From Nemertoderma westbladi (taxonomy: Eukaryota > Animalia > Xenacoelomorpha): a stretch of 47,759 bases of DNA. The notes beneath the pieces were generated by a model that saw only the letters and a list, made by a program, of their open reading frames with translations, was not told the origin of the DNA and did no database searches. The stretch covers positions 1 to 47,759 of the forward strand of contig JAUCBJ010007511.1 of the NCBI GenBank assembly GCA_032718475.1, read 5' to 3'. Within the stretch, counting starts at the first letter, position 1. Every line of letters starts with the position of its first letter. Of the stretch, positions 25,802-36,100 are shown piece after piece. The position numbers and the translations under genes are program-made.

Positions 25802-28800
25802 ATGGCCGCACTCAAAACACCACGCCTAAACCCCTTATCTAAAACCGAATCGATAAACTCTTTTGAAGCTTGGCGTCAAACACTAATATATAGCTTATCA
25901 CTCGACCCAGAATTCGCACGATTCACTGCCGATGGAGTTCGATGGACCAAAACATCGCCAGCCCATCCGACCCGCGGCCTTGTAGGCGACGGAGACAATA
26001 TCCCCGCCACTCAGCGGCGCACCGCACAGCAGAAAGTTACTACTCTCAACCTACTACTAGGACAAATAGCAAACTATGCGCCTATAATTTCACGTAACTC
26101 AATTATACACTCATCCACGTCACTGAACTTTATCTGGCAGGCCTTGCGCCTTCATTACGGTTTCGAGTCGTCTGGCTCACACCTTCTCGACTTCGCCGCT
26201 ATACAGCTTGAACACGAAGAGCGACCCAAAGACTTGTATCAAAGACTCGTCGCGTTCACCGACGACAACTTACTTACTGTCGATGGCGGTATATCTCATT
26301 GTGGCGAAGCCCCTATAGTTGACGAGGAGGTTTCCCCTTCTTTAGAAAACTTTATCGTCTTGACGTGGTTACGTTTAATAAACCCAGATTTTCCTCAACT
26401 CATCAAGCAACGATATGGCACAGAGTTGCGCTCCCGCACCCTAACATCCATGAAACAGGAAATCAGCCAGGCCCTGCCATCCCTACTCGATGAACTTCGC
26501 ACAAACGCCGATGTCCGAACTTTCCGCACTTTCACATCGTCTTCCACATCACGCGCCCCACCATCGGGTGCCCGCCGGAGCGGAGCACAAAGCTCCCGAG
26601 CCCAAACCACGAAAGTTTGCCCCCTCTGCCAACAGGCGAACCGCAGGGATACTGACCACTTCCTTAGCACCTGCCGTTTTCTACCTGAACAGGACCGCCG
26701 GTTCCTTGTTCGCACCCGCGTCGTCGAGGTAACTGACGATGAGGAGGAGTTGCCCGAGGAAACATACTATCCGGAAGAAGAAGGCTCTATCCCCGAATTG
26801 GCCCATAACTTTTCCCGCATGCTCGCTGCATTGGACCGTTGTAATCTGCGCTTATCTCCACGAAAGACATTTATATGCCCGGAGTCTACTACTATCCTTG
26901 GATGGAAGTGGAGTCGCGGCTCACTCGCCGCATCCCCCCATGTCGTGTCAACACTTGCTACGTGTACCACCCCCGGTACAGTTCGCGCATTGCGATCCTT
27001 TATCGGTTCGTACAAAATCCTCGCTCGGGTCCTTCCTCGATGCTCTGCACTAGTCGCCCCACTTGATGGATTAGTCAGTGGTCAACCTAGCGATCCAGTA
27101 GCCTGGGAGGAGGCCACCCTAACAGCTTTTCGCCGAGCACAGGCAGCACTGAAGACGTGCCGGACAATCGTCATTCCCCATCCATCTGACGAACTATTTA
27201 TCGTCACTGATGCTGCAACCAGCACAGATGGATTGGGTGCAATTCTGTACGCCAAACGCAACTCCACACTTCATCTCGCTGGATTTTACTCTGCAAAGCT
27301 CAAAACACATCAACGTGCTTGGTTCCCATGCGAAATGGAAGCCCTGGCTATAGCATCAGCCACCCATCACTTCGCACCATATCTGACTCAATCAACCACC
27401 CCATCAACCATCGTAACAGACAGCAAACCATGTGTGGAGGCATTCGCCAAGCTTAGCCGTGGCGCATACTCATCCAGCCCACGTCTAACCACATTCCTGG
27501 CGACACTCAGCCAACATAATATCGCTGTAGTCCATATCACCGGCATACGAAACCTTCCTGCCGACTTCCAAAGCCGACAAGCACCAACCTGCACCGATGG
27601 ACACTGCCAAGTGTGTAAGTTTGTCGAGGAGCTTTGCGAGGCACCCATCATTCGAGCGTCATACGATAATGCCAGTGCTGCATCATCCCGCCCACTATAT
27701 GCTACTCGCAGCACTTGGTTAGCCACTCAACAAGAGTGCCCCGATCTACGCCGCACAGCGGCGCACTTGTCACAGGGCACCCGCCCGTCAAAAAAAGAGA
27801 CATCCATCAGGGACATAAAGCGATATCTTGGCTGTGCTACTGTGGCCTCAGATGGACTTCTCGTTCGCCGCCAAATGGCTCCTTTTAACTCACCCCGGGA
27901 CCTTATTATTGTCCCCCGCCATGCCTTACCGGGATTACTTATGTCAATGCACCTAGAGTTACAGCACCCGTCCCGGGCCCAGCTTCGACTTACAGCTTTA
28001 CGATATTTCTGTGCCCTAGATATCGATCGCGCCCTAGTCGCAACGTCCACCAGTTGCGCCCAGTGTGTAGCTTTGCAGGCCGCCCCTCGAAGACCCATTC
28101 CCCAGACATCTGAAAAGCCACCAGACGTTATTGGAATCTCATTCGCTGCCGACGTCATCCGACAGAATAAACAGATGATACTCCTTATCCGGGAGACAGT
28201 TTCATCTTACACAGCAGCAACACTTATCCCAGACGAGCGCCACGAAACATTGCGGGACACCCTATTGTGTCTTTGCATTGGACGTTACCCAATCGCAGGC
28301 CCCTGCGCCGTGATACGCACCGACCCGGCCCCCGGCTTCCGCACACTGTGTGAAGACAAAACTCTCCTGGCTCACAACCTCAACATCCAGTTAGGAGACG
28401 CGAAAAACGTTAATAAAAACCCGGTAGCGGAGCACACAATACGAGAGCTCGAAGAGGAGCTATTGAAGCTTCACCCAACCGGAGGACCGTACTCAGCCGT
28501 ATCCATTGCTATCGCCATCGCCCAGTTAAACTCACGAATTCGCGCATCCGGTCTGTCAGCTAAAGAAGTTTTTAGCCAGAGGGATCAATTCACTGGGGAA
28601 CAACTCCCAATGTCCGACAACGACCTCATTACATCTCAACATCGGTCCCAGCTAGCCAATCACGAGCCCAGCACTATATCGAAGTCACGTGGTGGCCAAC
28701 GAATTAAAGTGTCCCCTCCGATCGGTATTGGCGATTTAGTCCACCTTTATAGTGATCAACGGAAATTACATGGACGTCCACGTTATATTGTTTCCGCTGT

Positions 28801-29173
28801 CGATGCGGACTATGTCAGTGTCCGCAAATTCTCAGGTTCACAACTACGCGCACGAGCATACCGTGTCCTCCGCTCTGAGTGTTTCCGCGTACCATACCAT
28901 CAGTCTCCAGTTCTAAGTCAATTTAATCAATCATCCGAGGACGATGATGACACGTCCTACGTCGAAGCCTCACCTGTCAACCCACCTCAGCACCCTCAGG
29001 ATGACCCGGGTTTCAGTCCAATGGCTCCACTCGAGTCCCCGTTGAGTTTGTCTCCCCCTCGTCCTAACAACACTGTTACTGATGACGGACTTAATATGGA
29101 GCCTCTTACCCGAGCCCACCGCAGAAGGCAGCCTCCTGATTATTACGGATTCCCTAGGGACAACGGATTGTAA
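25802..29173 (+). CDS. Gag fused to RT C-terminus, RNase H and integrase; protease and RT core missing
   Basis: Gag with CPLC..H...C; RNase H VTDAA, CEMEALA, TDSKP, ADFQSR; integrase H..H/C..C, ADV, RTDP, NKNPVAE; no D(T/S)G or YxDD motif. Confidence 0.88.
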   Translation: MAALKTPRLNPLSKTESINSFEAWRQTLIYSLSLDPEFARFTADGVRWTKTSPAHPTRGLVGDGDNIPATQRRTAQQKVTTLNLLLGQIANYAPIISRNSIIHSSTSLNFIWQALRLHYGFESSGSHLLDFAAIQLEHEERPKDLYQRLVAFTDDNLLTVDGGISHCGEAPIVDEEVSPSLENFIVLTWLRLINPDFPQLIKQRYGTELRSRTLTSMKQEISQALPSLLDELRTNADVRTFRTFTSSSTSRAPPSGARRSGAQSSRAQTTKVCPLCQQANRRDTDHFLSTCRFLPEQDRRFLVRTRVVEVTDDEEELPEETYYPEEEGSIPELAHNFSRMLAALDRCNLRLSPRKTFICPESTTILGWKWSRGSLAASPHVVSTLATCTTPGTVRALRSFIGSYKILARVLPRCSALVAPLDGLVSGQPSDPVAWEEATLTAFRRAQAALKTCRTIVIPHPSDELFIVTDAATSTDGLGAILYAKRNSTLHLAGFYSAKLKTHQRAWFPCEMEALAIASATHHFAPYLTQSTTPSTIVTDSKPCVEAFAKLSRGAYSSSPRLTTFLATLSQHNIAVVHITGIRNLPADFQSRQAPTCTDGHCQVCKFVEELCEAPIIRASYDNASAASSRPLYATRSTWLATQQECPDLRRTAAHLSQGTRPSKKETSIRDIKRYLGCATVASDGLLVRRQMAPFNSPRDLIIVPRHALPGLLMSMHLELQHPSRAQLRLTALRYFCALDIDRALVATSTSCAQCVALQAAPRRPIPQTSEKPPDVIGISFAADVIRQNKQMILLIRETVSSYTAATLIPDERHETLRDTLLCLCIGRYPIAGPCAVIRTDPAPGFRTLCEDKTLLAHNLNIQLGDAKNVNKNPVAEHTIRELEEELLKLHPTGGPYSAVSIAIAIAQLNSRIRASGLSAKEVFSQRDQFTGEQLPMSDNDLITSQHRSQLANHEPSTISKSRGGQRIKVSPPIGIGDLVHLYSDQRKLHGRPRYIVSAVDADYVSVRKFSGSQLRARAYRVLRSECFRVPYHQSPVLSQFNQSSEDDDDTSYVEASPVNPPQHPQDDPGFSPMAPLESPLSLSPPRPNNTVTDDGLNMEPLTRAHRRRQPPDYYGFPRDNGL

Positions 29174-29438
29174 CTCATGTAGTGAGCCTAATATCCCTAG
29201 TACTACTTATAGCTTTAAAACTGATATAGTAAAGTCCGCCCGACTGTACAACTGAAACTGAAAGTTAATCCCGTCACTAGCAAGTCATTTCACAAACTTA
29301 TATCTAAAACGTGACGTAAGTCGTTCAAACTGAAAGTACATGGTGTAGCTGTGTCAATATTAGTCTGATTGATAGTGATTTAATATTGTGTTGTGCAGTA
29401 CCACCAGAATAGGAAGGTAAAAAGGTCGAAGGAGGTCG

Positions 29439-29829
29439 CGCCAGACCGTCCTACGGACATCTTGCCCCACCCCGCAGGGTTGGTGGCATTAGGTTCATAG
29501 AGGGCCAGTCGGGACCTACCGGTAGCCTTATCTGGGAGTCCCGGTCTGAGTCGGACATACCTGTACCGAGGGAGGCCCTGACTGTCAGATCACACCCTTA
29601 CCGGTACTACACCTCACGACCTATATCCCTGGTTCGTTGAGTACCTACCGTCATAGGTTTTACCTCACCTAGTTAGTTAGGCCTATCATTTGTTGTTTAT
29701 TGTTTACCTTTACCATAGCAGGATATTTACCACCCTGTCTATCGCTTATTATACGATTGGATTATAGCCTATCTTCCTATTAGCATTCCTATTACCACTC
29801 AGCCAAGTGGCGACTTTACCACCTTGGCG
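29439..29829 (+). repeat. 3' LTR (391 bp)
   Basis: Direct repeat of 25326-25716, preceded by purine-rich tract 29411-29435. Confidence 0.96.
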
Positions 29830-31720
29830 CTCAAAAATTAAACTTCTATCTGTTCTGTTGATATTCGTTTATTGTTTTGTTCCGAATAACCTGCCACTGT
29901 AAACTGCTCCTTTCCTTAAATTGATAATTTAACATTGATACAAAATATTAATTCGCCGAAAAGGGATTCCCCCCCCCCCCCCCCCCCCCCCCCTCCCCTG
30001 TCTCGACGGTGCATAGTGTGATGCATCTGACTGCTCCAAAACTAATATCTTATCAGAATTTAGATTGAGTTAACTATTGACTTTAGGTCTCGATAAACGC
30101 CTGAGATACTTTAAAATTCATATTTGTACTAAACAATACCCCCCCAAGTCACGATATGATGTTGACTAACAGTCGAAGGTTATAGCTATGCGACGTGTGT
30201 TACATTTAATCTCTCAAAACTCTGGTAAGGTAGGCCTAGGGAATACTGCATTATAGTTATACTGTAAATTAAATTCTTGTTAAATTGTCTTATTTGGTCT
30301 GTTGCTATGGTAACGTGGACTGTAAATGTCACCCGAATGTGTACAATATGACGGGAAGTATCACCATGCTTCTTAGCTGTAGTGATATTTTCAAATAATT
30401 ACAAATATAGAAGCAAATAGTTGAGTAAAGGTACACGAATTCTCCACTTAAACTTAATATTTTGATACTTGTGTAAATTACTCTGGTCCAAATAATGGGC
30501 CTGTGTCTGCGACATTGGACGCTATTTGATTTTATATTGCCCTTGATGTGTTCCCAAGATGTCATATAAGTTGTGTGATGGGTTTTTTGATTTTTAAAAC
30601 TGTTTGTTGATTTTCTCAGGAAAAGGAAAGGTGAGACAAAGAAATTGATAATTTAAATTTCATAAATCTGTTGCTAAGGCGGTTACTAGGCCCGGGTTGC
30701 CGGACTGCAATGGAATTTCGGAAATTTTCTTCTTTACCAAAGTGTTTATAACAGTTTCAGGACAACATTGATGCATTTTGATTAACTTTCAATTTATACA
30801 CTGGTTATGAGACGAGATTCACTAACATTCACCATGAACTTGTATCCTAAAATTGAAAAAACACATTTTTGAGCAAAAAACTTTGAAGCCCAAAAAAAGG
30901 CATTAAATCAAAAATGCAGAGGTGGCATCCGGCCTAGCTGGATTCGCCATGTCTTGAAGTACAAAAATCAGGTGGATGCCAACCATTAACAAAAAATGCC
31001 ATCTAAACTTAATTTTCGGGAGTTGGCAGGTAGACTATTAAGGGAAAGGAGCAGGTTACAGTATTCTAACCAAACCAGAACAATAAACGACAATTAATAG
31101 AACACGTCACAGTTTTACTGTAATTTAGAAGATTATTAACAGCTGTTTTTGCTTCGATTTTCCCCTGATGGAGATGGTTGAATTTTAGTGGCGTGGTCAC
31201 AAGTGCAATGAGTAGGCCTATATTGAAGCAGTCGCTAGTTGTAAATATGGTATACGTAGAAACCACCATACGTTAAAGAACACTGCAGTACGACTGGTGC
31301 TAGTACGACTGAACACCATTTTTTCGACTCCTGTATGTAAAGATTGAAAGTGAATCGGGACTCACCCACTAAGATACACGGAGGTCAAACTACAGTACTA
31401 CTGTTTCAGATTTCACACTATTTTAGAATGTTGTAATCCTTAAAAACATCTATACAGAAAATATATATACAACTGTAAAATATTTATATCTACAGTAGTT
31501 GTATGGAATAAATTTAGCACTACCAAATCGCCATAGCGAAATATTTTCCAACTTTATATCGCAGTGGGAATTTATTTCTCAGTATGTCCCTACGCCATAC
31601 ATTTATACTATGTTTTTGTTTGTCGAGTATGTCACAGCGTCATTCTAAATATAATCACATGACGTCATTCGAATACACACTATAACTATTTGACAATTCT
31701 AAAACTTACAAAATTAAAAT

Positions 31721-31781
31721 AGGTCAGAATCAAACCAGCGGCCTTTACATTCATAACCCCAAGTGTTATCCACTACGCTAA
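31721..31781 (-). repeat. Degenerate tRNA-derived SINE head
   Basis: Minus strand A-box TAGCGTAGTGG and B-box-like GGTTTGATTCT at tRNA spacing. Confidence 0.45.
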
Positions 31782-31949
31782 TTTGGTATGAGTTGAAAGT
31801 GTTAATAATTAATTTACAAATTAATTTAAATGCTTTCCTGTTACAATGTGTTCCTAGAAAATTTAAGTGCCTAATTACAAATAATTCCCTACAATAAATA
31901 AAAATAGATTCGCCATTATTCAAAATTAGCATGTTAAAGCTTTTACAGC

Positions 31950-32240
31950 CCTCGTTTTGTTATTTCCCTCGCTGTCGCCCGGGAAACAAAATCACTCGTG
32001 CCGCAACGCTATGAAGTGCTATTTTAAGATCAACGACGTTCGTAGTACATACAGTACAGTAGTTTTGAATATGATCATTGTTTGAGCGACGTTTACTGTA
32101 GGCCTCTGTAAGCATTAGGGTATAATGCAGTAGGCCTACCTTGACCATCCAACCAAACATCCGAGTATTGGTAAGCCATACGATTTTAATTTGTTGTAGC
32201 CAAGATAATCCACGACTCCATGTGGCATTCTGACCATCAT
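31950..32240 (-). pseudogene. Remnant of a DDE/integrase-core transposase (possibly IS3EU-like)
   Basis: LGYNKLKSYGLPILGCLVGWSR then SNND resemble the DGYDKLKPYGFPIHGCIDGxSR...NND motif; catalytic Asp positions decayed. Confidence 0.45.
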
Positions 32241-32363
32241 TCCAGTAAGACGGTGAACCGGTGAACGAGAATGTGAAAAAAAAAAGTTAACGAGAATGTG
32301 TCCCATTCGCAGATTCCTACACGCGGAGTACTGTAGGTCAGCCACAGCAATCAGCGTCACAAT

Positions 32364-33624
32364 CAGTGGCGGCGTTAGGGCCCCCCGAACCCCCCGATCG
32401 GGGGGGGGGGGGGGGGGCGCAGGGCGAGCACGCAGGGGCCCCGAGCACGCAGGGGCCCCGAGCACGCCGGGGTCCAGAGCACGCCGGGGCCCCGAGCACG
32501 CCGGTGTCCAGAGCACGCCGGGGCCCCGAGCACACCAGGGCCCCACATAGCCAATACTTCAATATGAGCCATGGCAACAGAGCCAGACCAAAGGGGCTGG
32601 GTGAGTTAGGTATACTCAGGGGCGCGTCTAGGGGGGGGGGGGGTATGGGGCTCGATTCCCCCCCCCCCCTCCCCCACCCCCTCCAAACTGCATGGGCATG
32701 GCCTGTCTATTTGAGAACGTTTATTTGGGTATTGTATTAGTTTAATTTTGAGCTTGGGTTGAACATAATTCGATGAAAGGCAGTGTTATAGTACTATTCG
32801 CTTTGTACGCGATTAAATCCAGATATCCCACGACATAGAAACAACGTTACATAAACAACGTTACAGAAACGTTACATAGACGGTCTTTTCTAACCAAAAC
32901 AATAAACGATAAAATTACCAATTGAAGGAAAGGGGCAGGTTACATAGACGGTCTTTTCTAACCAAAACAACAAACGATAAAATTACCAATTGAGGGAAAG
33001 GGGCAGGTTACAGAGGCGAGTTTTTCTAACCAAAACAATAAGCAGTTACAATACAAAATGAGAAAAAAGAGCAGGTAACATAACAATTGAGGGAAAGGAG
33101 CAGGTAACAGAGGCAGGCTATTCTAATCAAATCAATAAACAGTTACAATACAAAATGCGAAAAAATAGCACGTAACAAAAAACGGGCTTTTCTAACTACA
33201 GTATTTAATATAATTATTTAACATTGAAAAAGGCAGCATCTGGATTTAACTTAAAGATATAATTATTTGTAGGGTTTTTCGCAATTTCAAATTTGGGGAG
33301 TCATCTCAGCCTAAGGTGAGTGTTCTCAGCCTAGGCTGAGATAACTGGGGAGTGTTCTCAGCCTAGGCTGAGACGACTGAGGAGTGTTCTCAGCCTAGGC
33401 TGAGATAACTGGGGTGTTATTTCAAGAGGGAGTTATCTCAGCCTTGTACACCCCCCCCCCCCCCCCCCTCCCATCCCCCATCCTCACACACTGGGGGGGG
33501 GGGGGGGGCATGCAGGAGCTCCTTTTTTCTTCTTCCTCGGGACCAATTTTGTTTGTTTAGAGGCCCTATTTTTTTTATTTCGGGGGGGGGGGGGGGGGGG
33601 GCGCAGACCCTAACGCCGGCACTG
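32364..33624. mobile_element. hAT-type non-autonomous element (MITE)
   Basis: TIRs CAGTGGCGGCGTTAGGG / CCCTAACGCCGGCACTG; perfect 8-bp TSD GTCACAAT (32356-32363, 33625-33632). Confidence 0.92.
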
Positions 33625-35608
33625 GTCACAATCATATTGTGACCAAAGCAAGGACGTGATTGTGACACATCGACAGCACATGATATTAACGTGACACAAA
33701 TGATATTAAGTGTACTGTAGCTTCAGCTATCACGACAACTTAAATATCATCACCGGCATACATTTTGCCATAACCCTTGCTCTTGCATACCGGTAGTGCA
33801 TCTGCATACGCAACGCAGCCCAAAAATGATGACGTAACCCTCTTCGTTTAATTTCTTTGTAAATCTCATAATTTATAACCCTTTTACTCAACAATTCATG
33901 AATAATACCAATTTGGGAGAAATTTACCGAACATTATCTCACTGATAAATGATCATCTGTTGTATATTTCTTTTGTTCTTATAGGTCCTTATTACGATTT
34001 GTGCTATAATTATTCTTATGTATTGTGTACTATGCTGTTTAGTTGATTATTTTTCTTTTTGTTCTGTTATCACATATGTAGTCTGTACCCGGGTTGCCGG
34101 TGTATGATAATAACAATTAATAATAATAATAATAATAAAACAACCTCATTTATTTACTAATTTCTGTCTGGTCATTAAAGATTTATATCTCACATATATA
34201 GAACCATTCATAGACAGATAGACCATGCCTGATTAGGGCTGGGTCACACATGAGCTTTCAACCATGACCTACATACTATAGATACGACCCGCCCTGCTGC
34301 TACAAAGCCCCTAAATTTAGTGGGCCAGTTATTTCTCTTAGATAGAACCCCTGAAACAATATGTCTAGCGCAGCGAAAGAACTCGACCCTGACTAAAATT
34401 ATGTCCTCTTTCAGATGAGACAAATAAAAATTTAATAGCTACAGTAGTTTTCGAGATATGAGGAGTTCTTGGCACCCATACCATATCAACACCTTTAGGA
34501 ATTGATAAAATTACACAAAATACATCACACTTCAAATACTTTGATATAACCATTAAACCATACTATGCTTTTTGTTTTGTTGAATTCATTATTAGTAATC
34601 GAAAGCAAGATTAGAAGTAAAATTTTCATTTTTTTTAATAGATATTAAAAGATCTCCAAAAGTGCAAGTACTGTACAGTAGCACTTTTTTCAAAAGTGGT
34701 AAAGTTGCCCTACAGTTTGGCTACTGAGGTTTTAAAATGTGCTGATTTCAGATAGGGGGGGAAACTGGACGCAATAAAAATCATCCCTCTCCAGGGGAAA
34801 TTCGACGCAAATAGCTTATGATTACGCTCAAAAATAAAACTTTAACCTGTTCCATTGTATTTAGTTTATTGTTTTGGTTAAAATAACGTACCACTGTAAC
34901 CTACCAGCCAGGATTAAGAAAAACTCAGTTTCACCATCTGGAGAGAGTACCTGTGCTTCTGTGTCACAATATAACAATCCAATGCCAGCAACCATATAAT
35001 ACATATAATGTTGATAGAATAATATCGAAATTTTTTAAAAATAAAACTATTCATTATATAATTGCTTGGACATAAAATAGTGCTTTACTTTCTTTGATGA
35101 GGTGGCCTCGAGAAGTACAGTATAATTTACTAAGATGAAAGATCAAAGGGTCATTTATACGTCAAGGGGGTCATTAGGGAAAATATATATTTTATTTTCA
35201 AGTAATACATACAGTTACGCAATTTTACTCCAAGCAATTATTACCTTTTTGCAGCTTAAAAGTTCGAGATATTTTCATGAAAATTTAATCAATGGCTTCG
35301 AATCCATCGGTAGGTTAGACTTTCAAAGTCACTACCGGTACCATACGATTGACCACGGTAGCTTATTACAGTATGTCCCGGTATGTTAAAAAGACACTTG
35401 CAAAAATTTATGAAACTAGAACTGAATCTGAAACCATTTTTTTTGGGAACTTGATCTGAAATAAATAGCTTTCCTTTATTAGAACTGAAACTAGAACTGA
35501 AACAAAATTATTATTTTTTGGGAAAAAATGTTCTAGAAATGATTTTAAATTCCCCTCCAATAAATCTGCAAATTGTACTGGTGTACATGAATAAAATATA
35601 TATTACAG

Positions 35609-36060
35609 TGTAAAGGTTTGGACGTTGTCTTTGTTATGATGAAAATAATATAGTTTTGGTTCTGGTTTTTAATGTCTAACTTTCAACTAATTATTACGGT
35701 CTCCAAATATAACTTTACCGGTAATTAAATCTATTCTATTTCTCTTTCTCTCTCTCTCTTAATGAAAGTTACATGCAATATTTAAGCAAGCTAGTGTTAG
35801 TGGTTTCTTGCAGCAGACATGTGAGATGTCACTCTGATAAATATCTGTTTAATTGACATCTACTGTATAAGGGCTATTATTGAGACTACATCTGTTTTGC
35901 ACATGAAATCAACATGCTGTATCTTAAGTAAATAAATAAGGTGTTTTGCTTTGTAGAAAGATAGGTAAAATGTCTCGACTAACAATTTTATGAAAATACT
36001 AAATTTGATTTTGTGATTAAATTATTTCTAAGCTTCCTTGACTATTCGGCATGCACTACA
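35609..36060 (-). repeat. 3' LTR (452 bp)
   Basis: Direct repeat of 40244-40695 with about four differences spotted; adjacent PPT GGGGGGAGATG (minus strand) at 36061-36071. Confidence 0.96.
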
Positions 36061-36100
36061 CATCTCCCCCCATTAAGTTATGGAATAAGAATAACTAAAA

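Larger units (their letters stand above)
25326..29829 (+). mobile_element. Gypsy-group LTR retrotransposon, Troyka-like, internally deleted
   Basis: Two 391-bp LTRs, tRNA-Leu PBS, gag-RNaseH-integrase ORF, 3-bp TSD CTC. Confidence 0.93.
21282..31037. mobile_element. 9.8-kb non-autonomous long-TIR DNA transposon, Academ-like, with nested insertions
   Basis: Ends TAGTCTACCTGCCAACTCCCG...CGGGAGTTGGCAGGTAGACTA; 3-bp TSD TTA (21279-21281, 31038-31040); left arm 21282-~22770 is the inverse of ~25125-25325 plus 29830-31037. Confidence 0.88.

Noticed and set aside
32136-32740. Several Gly/Pro/Arg-rich ORFs
   Set aside because: Arise from GC-rich tandem repeats and G/C homopolymers in the hAT MITE
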